Position numbers and translations under genes: made by a program. 64,000 nt of DNA from positions 832,223-896,222 of the forward strand of contig JBEKVV010000001.1 of the NCBI GenBank assembly GCA_049513715.1, read 5' to 3'. Positions within the stretch are counted from its first letter, which is position 1; the number at the start of each line of letters is the position of its first letter. Source of the DNA: Candidatus Bathyarchaeia archaeon (GTDB lineage Archaea; Thermoproteota; Bathyarchaeia; 40CM-2-53-6). The notes below the pieces were generated by a model that ran no database searches, was not told where the DNA came from, and saw only the letters and a list, made by a program, of their open reading frames with translations. Below are positions 1-9,931 of this stretch, in pieces.

Positions 1-186
1 CAGCCGGTCTAACCGGTGCTGTATCTTCCGGAACTTCCGGGGGGAGATTCGTGATTTTCTCCAACGGGCGAAATCCTTGTCCACCGCCCGTAATGGGATG
101 TAGTTTAGCCACCGCAGGAGCGTGTACTTCAGCCACCACTCTGCGTCTCCCTCGGTCCCGGATTCTGTTGGCGCGTAATTCTCCAT
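1..186 (-). CDS. Hypothetical protein, N-terminal part (runs off the window edge)
   Basis: Own translation MENYAPTESGTEGDAEWWLKYTLLRWLNYIPL..., open to position 1; co-oriented just downstream of the 210..974 gene. Confidence 0.4.
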   Translation of the reverse strand, partial: MENYAPTESGTEGDAEWWLKYTLLRWLNYIPLRAVDKDFARWRKSRISPRKFRKIQHRLDRL

Positions 187-209
187 GTCATCAAGGCTGC
201 TTGTCGACA

Positions 210-974
210 TTATGCATCCTCCATCGGTTTCATGTCGAAGGCCTTCTCCATCGTGAAGCGAATCAGGTACATGATTACGATCACTCCCAAGGCGAAACCG
301 ATTACGAAAAGGTCCCAAAGGGAAAGGAAGTCAAATGAGGCTAGAAACATGAAGCGAAGTATGAACAGAATTAGAAGCTCGCCGCCCATGATTGCTACAA
401 TTGCCGCGAAGGATGCGAGTAGGAATTTGTAAGCAGTGTCCACCCACATGTACGCTTGGTCGCCTCGGTCGACTCGTTGGTCGGTGGATTCCTTTCTTGA
501 CGTTTCCCGGCGAATCCATAAGCCCCCTACTGCAAAGAACTGAACTCCCATCCCAAAGTAGAGCAGTTTCACCCAGAGTGGAAATGCCTCACCGAATTTT
601 CCAACCCACTTGGCGAAGTTCTGGAACGGCGGTTCCGAGGCAACAACAGGTATCGTATCGTTTGGGTGGGGGTTGAAGGTAGCGTTGATGTCGAGTTCGA
701 AGGGGCCGCTTGAAAGATAATACGTGGTGGCGTTCCTGGTTAGACCGCTATCCTTGTTCTTGACGAAGAGATTGACAGTGTAGTCACCTGGAGAATCGAA
801 GAGTACTCGAATCTCGTAGCTAGAGGGCTCGGTGGCTGATACTTCGAACCCGTTGGCTGGATATTGTTGTGGTTTTGTGAGGTTCATGTAGGTGAGGTTT
901 CCGGTTAGGAAGAGTTTCTGGATCGCAGTGTGGTCGCTTTGGACAACGAGCGATTGCCGAATGGTCAGCTGCAT
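210..974 (-). CDS. Membrane protein with extracellular N-terminal domain and 3 C-terminal TM helices; true start probably further upstream (~1097)
   Basis: Hydrophobic segments LWVKLLYFGMGVQFFAVGGLW, FLLASFAAIVAIMGGELLILFIL, LFVIGFALGVIVIMYLI; the frame stays open upstream through a signal-peptide-like WVILIIVLTIAIASARWAYA. Confidence 0.6.
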   Translation of the reverse strand: MQLTIRQSLVVQSDHTAIQKLFLTGNLTYMNLTKPQQYPANGFEVSATEPSSYEIRVLFDSPGDYTVNLFVKNKDSGLTRNATTYYLSSGPFELDINATFNPHPNDTIPVVASEPPFQNFAKWVGKFGEAFPLWVKLLYFGMGVQFFAVGGLWIRRETSRKESTDQRVDRGDQAYMWVDTAYKFLLASFAAIVAIMGGELLILFILRFMFLASFDFLSLWDLFVIGFALGVIVIMYLIRFTMEKAFDMKPMEDA

Positions 975-1173
975 GTTTTGAGTTCGAGCGAGTGTTTGGT
1001 CTGCGTAAGCCCATCGAGCACTTGCTATCGCGATGGTCAGGACTATGATGAGAATTACCCATTGTTTGTGTGGGTGGTGGTTGGTTTTCGTCGCAATCTT
1101 CCGTCCTGGGAGAGTGCAGGTCGCTCTTCCAGGTTGGGGTATATTAATGTTCCTTTATTGGTACATTAACGTA

Positions 1174-1386
1174 TCAACTATTTTTTTGTTTACCAGAATC
1201 CTCTCTATCGAGCTCCAAAACCAACTTGCCAACATAACCACAATCCGTGCAGGCCCAGTCCGGAGGCAGAAGCCACCCACCAAGTGATCCACGCTGTTTA
1301 ATCCTAATACTTCCACATACCGGGCAAGCCAAAGCTCCTGGCCCAGAATGACGCAGATTCTTCACTGTATCGAAAAAGTCACCCAC
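1174..1386 (-). CDS. Small Zn-ribbon protein
   Basis: CPVC...CTDC pair in 70 aa, downstream of aIF1. Confidence 0.65.
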   Translation of the reverse strand: MGDFFDTVKNLRHSGPGALACPVCGSIRIKQRGSLGGWLLPPDWACTDCGYVGKLVLELDREDSGKQKNS

Positions 1387-1412
1387 TCCGACATCCCTTC
1401 AGCTGACGATAT

Positions 1413-1733
1413 TCAGTGTACCTCAATGGAAGTTTCCGGAAAGCCATAGTCAACCAGTAGCTTCTTCACTTTGCCCCGATGGTCGCCCTGAAGCAATATT
1501 AGGCCATCCTTGGATGTGCCACCACAGGCGCAGTAGGTTTTCAGCTTCGCACCCAGGTCACCGAGGTTGATGCTCTTCGTGTTTATTCCTTCGATAATTG
1601 TGGTTGCCTTGCCCCATTTTCGAGTCTCAAGGCGGACTTTAACAAGCTGCTGTTCCATGCTAATAGTTCCGCAGACGCAGAGATCTTTTGGAAGCCCGCA
1701 AGTGGGGCATACATCCGCCATTCTTTCGTTCAA
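1413..1733 (-). CDS. aif1: Translation initiation factor aIF1 (SUI1 family)
   Basis: CPTCGLPKDLCVC N-terminus; LKTYCACGGT; ILLQGDHR. Confidence 0.95.
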   Translation of the reverse strand: MNERMADVCPTCGLPKDLCVCGTISMEQQLVKVRLETRKWGKATTIIEGINTKSINLGDLGAKLKTYCACGGTSKDGLILLQGDHRGKVKKLLVDYGFPETSIEVH

Positions 1734-1854
1734 TTACTCCTCTTAAGTAAAGCCGATTTACGCCTAGATTATTATTTAAGCCTATTTCCTAACGCTAGAT
1801 TTTCCTTGTGCAAATCAACGGTGAGGCAGAATTTACTAATCGGATCGGAATCAA

Positions 1855-2412
1855 TTGACGACGGGTCATATGTCACACCCTGGAAGGCCGAATGTCGAAG
1901 GGCACGGGCATGAAGATCACGAAGTCACTATCGAGACACTGTCGACGCCGCCAGTTCATGTGAAACCTGCCCCGCTTACCAAACGGGTTGCGGCTGGGCT
2001 AGTGGACTCTGCGCTCCTCGCAGCAGCGTGGGTTGTTGTGTTGATTTTGACCGTCAAGGATTTCACCCTGGCAGAAACAACTTCAGTCTACACAGGAGCC
2101 GCCTACCTGGCCGTACTGACTTTCTTCTATTACTTCCTTCTGGAGTGGTTTCTTGCTGCCTCGATCGGGAAGCTGCTGCTCAAGCTTCGGGTCTTTGGAA
2201 CCGATGGTGAACCTTGCTCGATGAGTGCCTCGTTCAAGCGTAACTTGTTGCGATTTGTTGATTAGCTACCATGCCTCTACGCCATTGCAGTCGTGTCAGT
2301 CGTAGCTTCCAGTGACCGGCAGAGGCTTGGTGACAGAGTCGCTTCAACTATAGTCTCGCTGGCGCCCGCGAAGGACATTAATCCGCCGCCTGCACCATTC
2401 CTGTTCCATTGA
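1855..2412 (+). pseudogene. RDD-family membrane protein interrupted by one in-frame TAG at 2263-2265
   Basis: KRVAAGLVD, SIGKLLLKLRV, RNLLRFVD*LP; the same frame continues to the RDD C-terminal motif RQRLGDRVASTIV and ends at TGA 2410-2412. Confidence 0.8.
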
Positions 2413-2437
2413 GGCCCGCTCAGATCTGTGAGAGGCG

Positions 2438-3613
2438 TTGCCCGCAAACTTAACACCCGAAGCCAAAGCAAAATGGCGTGAGGCCGAACTCACCAAGAAT
2501 CCAAGAGAGCAACTTCAAGCTTACCAAGAATTTCTGTCAATTATCCCGAAGCATAAAGGGAATGAGAGGCTCAAGGCTCAAATCAACACCAAAATTGCCA
2601 ATCTCAAAGTAGAACTACTCACCCGTCGCGGCAAACGGGGCGGCGGTCATTCCATTTGGCACGTCGAACGCGAGGGCGCCGCACAAATCATCCTCTTTGG
2701 TCCGACAAAGGCCGGTCGTAGTAGCCTCCTGAGGTTCCTAACGAAAGCACAGGTAGTGGTGGCTGACTACGAGTTTACTACCCAGCGCCCAACCCCTGGA
2801 ATGCTCGCTTTTGAAGATGTTCAACTTCAAATGGTTGAACTCCCCGCTCCACAAATGAACCGGGACGGAGAGTTCGAAATTCAACCAGAAAGCATCGACC
2901 TCATCCGAGCGGCGGACGGCCTCATGCTCATGCTCGATCTCACATCGGAACCACTGAGCCAACTCCAACATTTGATATCAGCCCTCGGAAAAGTCCGTAT
3001 CTCAACCCAAAGAACCGCGTCCAGGGTGGAGATTGTTCCTGAGAAGGGTTCGGGGGAGATTCGCATCGCGACCTCAGGCATCCAAACTTCATGCACGCCT
3101 GTGCAGGTCCGAGAGCTTTTGCACAGCTACGGCTTGAGAAACGCACTGATTAGGATATACGGGGACGTAACCATCGACGACGTTGAAGACGCGATCTTCG
3201 AGAACGTAACCACATACAAGCCTTCACTGATCATCGTGAACAAACTCGATCTCCCCGGTGCCAAACAAACTGCGGATGACTTCACACAGAAAAACGCCAT
3301 ATCTCTGCCGACCTTGTTCACTTCTTGCTTAACGGGACAAGGGTTGAAGGATGTGGGTGGCGTTGCCTTTCGTGCCTTGGGAATAATCAGAGTTTACACT
3401 AGGGAGCCGAACGCAAGCAAGCCATCTGAAAATCCGTTCGTGGTTCGCGCTGGGACAACTGTGCAAGACTTGGCGCGGAGCATCCACACGGATTTAGCTA
3501 ACCGCTATCGGTATTCAAGAATCTGGGGGCCAACTAGCAAGTTCGCTGGCGAGCGCGTAGGCCCCGATCACGTATTGGGCGACCGGGATATTGTGGAAAT
3601 CCACACTGAGTAA
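2438..3613 (+). CDS. DRG/Obg-family GTPase with C-terminal TGS domain (atypical G1/G3 motifs)
   Basis: MPANLTPEAKA start, PKHKG, YEFTT (G2), NKLD (G4), IIRVYTRE...DRDIVEIH TGS end. Confidence 0.9.
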   Translation: MPANLTPEAKAKWREAELTKNPREQLQAYQEFLSIIPKHKGNERLKAQINTKIANLKVELLTRRGKRGGGHSIWHVEREGAAQIILFGPTKAGRSSLLRFLTKAQVVVADYEFTTQRPTPGMLAFEDVQLQMVELPAPQMNRDGEFEIQPESIDLIRAADGLMLMLDLTSEPLSQLQHLISALGKVRISTQRTASRVEIVPEKGSGEIRIATSGIQTSCTPVQVRELLHSYGLRNALIRIYGDVTIDDVEDAIFENVTTYKPSLIIVNKLDLPGAKQTADDFTQKNAISLPTLFTSCLTGQGLKDVGGVAFRALGIIRVYTREPNASKPSENPFVVRAGTTVQDLARSIHTDLANRYRYSRIWGPTSKFAGERVGPDHVLGDRDIVEIHTE

Positions 3614-4061
3614 CCGGGAGCTAATTGCTAATTGGGCTGTGTCGCGTGCACTTAGATTCTGGCACGCCTACGGCGACGGAAGTTCTTGATTCGCCAGAAC
3701 CCGCTTGAGTCGCGGTAATATTCCATGACTTCCATTTCATATGCACCTTATCCCCCCTAGACTGTGCCTTCGTGACTTAGGGCTTTCATGATACCAAAAT
3801 TCATCCCCACGACGATTCAACCCCCAAAACTGGGTAGTGAAGCTGCAATTTCCAATCAAAAAGCAGGTCTCACTATGTCGCAACTTGATAGGTCCAGCCC
3901 TATCTAACGCACACGGTTTCGATTCAAGCAAAATCCCTTGAATCAAACCCGTAAATTCTGACGGCGCTACCTATGCAAAGCAAACATGTTTGTCTTAGAA
4001 AGACCGTGAAACAAGCAATTCCTAGAAACTTAGTTGGAACTGTCAAAAGTTTTCGTGTAAG

Positions 4062-6449
4062 TTAGCGCTTCAGCGCTGCGATGATGCCTCCAACAATCCC
4101 GAGGAGCATTCCGGCGATGAAGCCTCCGCCGATTATGAGGCTGAAGATTGCGAAGGGGAAGACTATGATGTCGGCGAGTGCGCCGTTGCGAAGGACCATG
4201 ATTATCGAACCCATGATCAGAACCAGGCCTATGATAACCCCTAACGCGAACCCGTACAGTGGCCCGATTAAGGGAAGCCAGAAGAATATTCCCGACCAGA
4301 CGCCGAAGAAGCTAGGAGAGAGCAGGGCGGCCGCGTTAAGAATCACAAGAATCCCAGAGACCAATGACAACGCGAACCCGAAGATACCCCTACCGCCCAC
4401 GCGGCCAGTGGGTCGAACTGCCATCGGAATGGGTCGAGCCAGAATGACTTGGGGTCTGCCGCAGAAGGGGCAGTAGACTGCGTGCATGGGCATCATTCTG
4501 CCGCACCACTTACATCGAATCATCGGCAGCGGCAAAACATGCACAACCCTCGGCCTGGGTCTCATTCGAACCGGAGCAGGTACGACAGCCCGAACGGGTC
4601 TGCGACCTTTTCGGAACGCCAAGATACCCAACAACAACGCCAAGCCCAGAGCAAGCAGGATTAGCAATAGAAGGAGCCAAAAGTTCACGTTAGAGGTTGG
4701 CGGCTGGACGATCCTGAAAAGCACGTTCGTGGTGTGGAAGAGCGGTCCACTAGCTCCGCTGATGGTTAGAGTATAATTACCCGGAGTGGCCTGCTGAGCC
4801 ACACAGACTTGAAGGTTCGAAGTCACCGTCACACTGGGGGGCGGGGTGACCGGGTTGGGCTGAATTATGAAGGTGGTCTTTGGTGGAAGACCGGTCGCGT
4901 TCAACGTAATAGGTGAACTGAAGTTCCCCTGTGGCACAATTGATACAGTATAGTTTCCGCACTGCGTTAGATTAAGCGCCAGAAGCGGAGTTGCCGAGAT
5001 AGAGAAGTCATTGGGCGGGACAGTTACGACAAGTTGAACTGTAGTTGTCCGCATGATCGCGGGAAGTAATGATGTCCCCGTAATAGTCAGGGTGTACGTG
5101 CCTATGGGGGTGTTTGTACTTGTGGAAATTGTCAGTTGGGAGTTTGCCGTTCCACCAGCGGGTGGTGTCACGCTGCCTGGGGAGAAGCTTGGTGACGAGA
5201 ACGAAGGAAGCCCAGTAACCTGGAGGTTGACTTGTGAGCTGAACCCTCCTATCGAATTCACGGTGACTGCGTAAGTTGCGGTGCTTCCAGCCTGAACGGT
5301 GACGGTTGGCGGGGTCGCTGAAAGAACAAAGTCAATCTGTGGGCCGTGAACGAATTTGTTTCCGTAAACCTGCTCAACAGCATAGAACCCTGCACTGCCA
5401 ACGGGCAACTGTTCCTGTGGGTGGAATCCAAGGCCCTCGACGATTCCGTTGCCGAACTGGAAATAGAAACCAAGTATAGCATGACGGAATGGCACACCGA
5501 ACTTGGTGCTGTCCATTAGTATTCTGACATCGGATGTGTGAGCCGGGTTCACGCTAGCAACGGCGTAACCACCACCCGCGGTGACCAGCGTGATGTCGTT
5601 GGGGTTCGGGCCAGCATTGTAGTATTGGCTTGGGAATTCCCCTGGGAATGTACCCGACGGAGCGGGGGGGTTGTGCATGACTGAAGCCCAATTTCCGCCC
5701 TGGTTTGGTCCTATGAGTTGGACGTATCCTGGAAACGTCTGTTCGAGGTCTTTCAGGGCAATGTCAGTGTAGATTATTTCATTGCCCGCTTGGATGTGGG
5801 TTCTAAGATTATTGTAGACGGCCTGAACCTGAGCCTGCACAGTCGGCGTGAAAGTTGAGGGATCGCCGAACCATCCTGGACAGTCAAGGACAATGAGCGA
5901 GTACTGATTGACGATTGAGGGATTGGCTAAGACATCGTCGGGGCTGATGAGTGTGTAGTTTATCTTCATTTGGTCGAGGGTGAGGTCGGTTCTTCCCCAG
6001 ATGCCCTTGATCACGAGAATATTAGTTGGTTGGCGAACAAAGAAGACTTGATTGGATGTGAACGGCGCGGTCAGCCGTGTTACGGTTACCTTATTGAAAT
6101 TCACAGAAGACAGAAGCGCATTGACTTGGGCGGAGAACCTGTCCTCGATTAGGAACGGCCCTCCTTGATAGACTGCGCCGCTTGGTGTGAGAGCCGTTTG
6201 CATGCTGACGTCTGGCGGTTCGATGACGCGAGCCATCTGAAGGCCGGGCGCACTACGCAAGAACTCATGGATAAAACCGTACACGCGGATTCTATCGGCT
6301 TGTTTACCGTCCATCGGCACTACGAAAGTTCCGACTGGAAATGTTCCAGCTGCTAGTGGCGGCAGTGCAGCGGAAACCGCGTACAATGCAGGAGATATGA
6401 GAACAATGAATAAAACGAGGCACGCGAGCAGTTTCGTGGGTCTATTCAT
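4062..6449 (-). CDS. Large cell-surface/membrane protein: signal peptide, extracellular domain, two Ig-like repeats, TM, Zn-ribbon, C-terminal TM bundle
   Basis: MNRPTKLLACLVLFIVL signal; DF.LSA.P....V..G....Y.VTV repeats; CKWC..CPFC; three terminal TM helices. Confidence 0.75.
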   Translation of the reverse strand: MNRPTKLLACLVLFIVLISPALYAVSAALPPLAAGTFPVGTFVVPMDGKQADRIRVYGFIHEFLRSAPGLQMARVIEPPDVSMQTALTPSGAVYQGGPFLIEDRFSAQVNALLSSVNFNKVTVTRLTAPFTSNQVFFVRQPTNILVIKGIWGRTDLTLDQMKINYTLISPDDVLANPSIVNQYSLIVLDCPGWFGDPSTFTPTVQAQVQAVYNNLRTHIQAGNEIIYTDIALKDLEQTFPGYVQLIGPNQGGNWASVMHNPPAPSGTFPGEFPSQYYNAGPNPNDITLVTAGGGYAVASVNPAHTSDVRILMDSTKFGVPFRHAILGFYFQFGNGIVEGLGFHPQEQLPVGSAGFYAVEQVYGNKFVHGPQIDFVLSATPPTVTVQAGSTATYAVTVNSIGGFSSQVNLQVTGLPSFSSPSFSPGSVTPPAGGTANSQLTISTSTNTPIGTYTLTITGTSLLPAIMRTTTVQLVVTVPPNDFSISATPLLALNLTQCGNYTVSIVPQGNFSSPITLNATGLPPKTTFIIQPNPVTPPPSVTVTSNLQVCVAQQATPGNYTLTISGASGPLFHTTNVLFRIVQPPTSNVNFWLLLLLILLALGLALLLGILAFRKGRRPVRAVVPAPVRMRPRPRVVHVLPLPMIRCKWCGRMMPMHAVYCPFCGRPQVILARPIPMAVRPTGRVGGRGIFGFALSLVSGILVILNAAALLSPSFFGVWSGIFFWLPLIGPLYGFALGVIIGLVLIMGSIIMVLRNGALADIIVFPFAIFSLIIGGGFIAGMLLGIVGGIIAALKR

Positions 6450-6748
6450 CGATGTGTGCCTCAATTCTGATTCATAATTGAGCTCTTTTCGGCTTTTGGA
6501 GCCAGATGCTAGCTTAGCCACCCGTTGGTTACTTAAGACTTGAGTTCATTGGCTCCACGCTGACTATTTAATACGCCATTTTCTCTTTTGCGGACATGAA
6601 TGAAACAGCCCAACTTGTTTTACGCAATTTCATCCCAATGGGCTGCCGATATTTGTATGAAAGGTGCATTGAACAACAACGCCGGAATCCCTTGGGAGTT
6701 GAAACTGCGGCTTGCTCCCCCTAACTCACGCCGAACCCTTCGACGAGG

Positions 6749-7612
6749 CTAGGCGGTTCTCTTTTTCTGCTGGTATCTGATAAAACCTAACGTGTTGAGC
6801 CTGATCAGCACTCGAAGATACTCCGGAACCTCGCCTACCGAGCGCCCGATTTGCTGGGACGAGCGTTTGGTGAATTCATCAGCAATCCCCTCTGCTGTCC
6901 GCCCTTCTTTGAGCATTCCTTCAACCAACGAATTCCAAGCAAGCAGCTCACGGATGTTCTCACCAAGCCACCCTTCAGGGTGGGAGACAATTCCGAAGTG
7001 TGGCGTGAAGAGTTGGGAAGGAAAAATCCCTTGAATTCGGCTAAGGCTTTTGACGGCCAAGTCCAAGTCGAAGCTGGGGGGAGGAGTAGTTGGCACCAAG
7101 ACTGGAAAGTTGGCATAGTGAACCCCCACTGCGTCGCCAGTAAAAACCACCCCAGACTCTTCGAGCACGTAGCTCAAGTGGTGAGGTGCGTGGCCGGGTG
7201 TCCAAACCGATCGAAGCGTGACGCCGGTGCCCAGGCTAATTGTTTCACCATCGGCAACGGTATGAATTCGCCGTTCGTCAATGGGCTCCGGCAAGCCATA
7301 ATTTCTCATTAGAGCTTCTCCGAACAGTTTACCGGCGCTGGCAATGAGCCGGGCCGGATCGACAAGGTGTGGAGCGCCCAAGGGATGGCAACCGACAGTT
7401 GCGTTGGGAAAAGCTCTCGCAAGCGACCCACATGACCCAGCATGGTCTAGGTGAACATGAGTGGGTAACAAATACTGCAGGCCACCTGGCCCCACGTCCT
7501 TCTCCCTTAATTTTCTAATGACGACTTCTGCGGACGATTGGTAGCCCATGTCAATCAAGGCCCGCTTCTTGCCAGTTACCAGGTACGCCGCTACAACGCC
7601 GTTGTTACCCAA
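6749..7612 (-). CDS. Metallo-beta-lactamase fold hydrolase
   Basis: THVHLDHAG, TPGHAPHH, FTGDA, PHFG motifs. Confidence 0.9.
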   Translation of the reverse strand: MGNNGVVAAYLVTGKKRALIDMGYQSSAEVVIRKLREKDVGPGGLQYLLPTHVHLDHAGSCGSLARAFPNATVGCHPLGAPHLVDPARLIASAGKLFGEALMRNYGLPEPIDERRIHTVADGETISLGTGVTLRSVWTPGHAPHHLSYVLEESGVVFTGDAVGVHYANFPVLVPTTPPPSFDLDLAVKSLSRIQGIFPSQLFTPHFGIVSHPEGWLGENIRELLAWNSLVEGMLKEGRTAEGIADEFTKRSSQQIGRSVGEVPEYLRVLIRLNTLGFIRYQQKKRTA

Positions 7613-7736
7613 TGCTTCGGTATCCGTGACGGAGACAGTCTCGTTAATGTTCCTTGTGAAGCCTCATCACATCTGATGGCTGAATATCCGAAACAAGTAT
7701 ATTCACTCTTAGAAGATTGGCGGTAGGCAGATTCAT

Positions 7737-8090
7737 TTGAGCAGACCGGTTCTCCCTGAGAACCTCGAAGTCTACATTGAATCCATTGACGGCCAAGGTC
7801 GCGTTACTTATGTTTCCGGATACTTTGAATTCAGGAAGGTCAAGCTGAAGTTTGACGCCATTGGAATGGAAGGATACGGAGGGCCAAACATTGGAGCAAC
7901 ACTCTCTGAGGAAACACAATCCGCACTGAGACAGATGGGTTTGGACCATGCTGCAATTGATGAGTTACTCACGGAACTCCAACGCAAAATCATGGAAGGG
8001 CAGGCGCACATCGAGCTTCGTAACCCCGAGAATACACCAAAGCCGGACATCGCGGATGAAAAACCAAAATCAGGAGAGGCTACGAAATAG
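7737..8090 (+). CDS. Hypothetical protein
   Basis: 117-aa ORF filling the intergenic gap, protein-like composition. Confidence 0.55.
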   Translation: MSRPVLPENLEVYIESIDGQGRVTYVSGYFEFRKVKLKFDAIGMEGYGGPNIGATLSEETQSALRQMGLDHAAIDELLTELQRKIMEGQAHIELRNPENTPKPDIADEKPKSGEATK

Positions 8091-8104
8091 CGCTCGCTAA
8101 TGTC

Positions 8105-8386
8105 TTATTCGTCATGTGAGTCACGTTGCGCCAGGCTGCAATTGGGGCATTCCTTGCACTCCAAGGGAATCTGAGTCATGCAATACCAACAGAATTTCAT
8201 CCCCACTTCAGGTTCAACTGGAGACGGCTCAGGTCTCCAGAAACCTACTAGGAACATTATCAGCCCCAAAACCATTATTGGAAGCCCGAAGATCGAAACA
8301 CCCAATGGAACGTACAAATCCGTCAAGACCAAGAACGCTCCGAAAACAGCCAAAATTCCACCTGAAGCCACGAGCCCCCGGTACAT
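8105..8386 (-). CDS. Small 2-TM membrane protein with C-terminal Zn-ribbon
   Basis: MYRGLVASGGILAVFG..., two TM segments, CWYC...CPNC. Confidence 0.65.
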   Translation of the reverse strand: MYRGLVASGGILAVFGAFLVLTDLYVPLGVSIFGLPIMVLGLIMFLVGFWRPEPSPVEPEVGMKFCWYCMTQIPLECKECPNCSLAQRDSHDE

Positions 8387-8451
8387 AACAATCGCACAAA
8401 CCTGAATACAGTGAAGCATATGGCTCTTTTCGCCGAACAACGTCTTAACAA

Positions 8452-9324
8452 ATGATTACAAAAGTCTCCAAATCCACATCGGAGGCGCTTGACCAAGTTT
8501 CCAGCTTTGTAATCGAAGACCAAGAGTACATGAAAGAGAATTTTCCTCAGTGCAAGAGCAAAGATGAGATTACGGAAGCATTGAGAAAGGCTGGTAACAA
8601 TTGGAACATTCTTGTCGTTGACCATCCTGTCGCGCTCTTCTCTTTACAATCCACTGGTCTTGAAGTTACTCTTGAACGACTTTGTCCCGAAGAACCAGGC
8701 GCGCTGCAAATGTTGATCTCTGCTCTCCAATCGGATTTTAGGAACATGAATGTCGCCTCAAGCATTGTCATTCTGCCAGAGGGATATGAGCGAGCGTTCT
8801 CAGATGGAGGTTACAAAAAAACAAACGCGATGGCGACCTTCTCCAAGACCGTCTCGGAAACCCAGCTAATGCCCATCTTGCCGATGATGAACCCGAGCGA
8901 AAAGAACATTCCAGCCATCGCCAAATTGATGCTCGAATCTTACGCAAATGGAACTGAGAAGTTCCAAAAAGAGAAATCGGCCGAGGCTTACCTGCGGAGC
9001 ATAATGAAAGGGACGTGTGGAACCTTTCTTTCTGACGCCTCATTCATCAGCGGGGCGCAAGGAAATCTTGTCAGCGCCTGCTTCGTAGCAAGTGATATGC
9101 CAAAGGTCGCCCGTGTGGTCCAGCTCTTCACGCATCCACTCTATCGAGCTCGCGGCCTAGCGACTACGGAACTAGTGACAGGCATGAACCGACTACGCAA
9201 ACTCGGTGTCCTCACGTTAACGGCTTTGATTCCTCAAAGCAATGAAGTGGCGGTAAGGCTGTTTACAAAACTCGAGTTCGACAGAGGGAAAGCGGTTGTG
9301 GAGATGGTTAAGCCCCTTGGTTAG
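8452..9324 (+). CDS. GNAT-family N-acetyltransferase (C-terminal GNAT domain)
   Basis: LFTHPLYRARGLAT acetyl-CoA motif A; NEVAVRLFTKLEF. Confidence 0.8.
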   Translation: MITKVSKSTSEALDQVSSFVIEDQEYMKENFPQCKSKDEITEALRKAGNNWNILVVDHPVALFSLQSTGLEVTLERLCPEEPGALQMLISALQSDFRNMNVASSIVILPEGYERAFSDGGYKKTNAMATFSKTVSETQLMPILPMMNPSEKNIPAIAKLMLESYANGTEKFQKEKSAEAYLRSIMKGTCGTFLSDASFISGAQGNLVSACFVASDMPKVARVVQLFTHPLYRARGLATTELVTGMNRLRKLGVLTLTALIPQSNEVAVRLFTKLEFDRGKAVVEMVKPLG

Positions 9325-9359
9325 AAATAGGGTACCTCATTCTCGCTTTCCGGGCTCCA

Positions 9360-9920
9360 TCAGGCTTTGAACCATCTGAAGACCAAGTAGTCTACTTTCT
9401 TTCCTTTTCGTTTCGGCACCGCAATTGTAAACTGCTTCCGTACTGTTGTTGCAAGTCTTCCCGCCAGGACCACCTCAAACGGACCCATCGTTTCCTCTTC
9501 CTTTTTCACCGTTACAATGAACGGGGCGTGGTCTATGCCAGGGCCATGCTCGTAAATTGCGAAATCAGATCCGAACCTTATCCCGGGAGTTACAATGAGA
9601 CCTTTTTCACGCAAGTTTTCGTAAGCGCTATACCCAAGGTCAAATTTCTTGTATGTTTTATTGGCGATTTTCAGAAGCTTGACACGATTTACTGCCTTAG
9701 AAGTCTTTGCGTCAACCACTTTGATGAACCGTCTATCGAGGAGGTACAAACCCTCCATTAGGTCCAGCATCAGAGGGGCCTTGAAGTCTTGCTCGGGTTT
9801 GGGTTTTGGGATACCCACTGGTTTGCCATAGAACCCAAGTCTATAGAGGCTCATTCCGTCCTTGTAGTTCCATACAATCAGCCTATTTCCAATTAGCTCG
9901 GTGGTGATGGGCTGAGGCAT
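9360..9920 (-). CDS. endA: tRNA-intron endonuclease, catalytic subunit
   Basis: GFYGKP, LDLMEGLYL, GIRFGSDFAIY..GPGIDHAPF, GRLATTVRK (Tyr/His/Lys triad). Confidence 0.93.
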   Translation of the reverse strand: MPQPITTELIGNRLIVWNYKDGMSLYRLGFYGKPVGIPKPKPEQDFKAPLMLDLMEGLYLLDRRFIKVVDAKTSKAVNRVKLLKIANKTYKKFDLGYSAYENLREKGLIVTPGIRFGSDFAIYEHGPGIDHAPFIVTVKKEEETMGPFEVVLAGRLATTVRKQFTIAVPKRKGKKVDYLVFRWFKA

Positions 9921-9931
9921 CGAACATGCAC

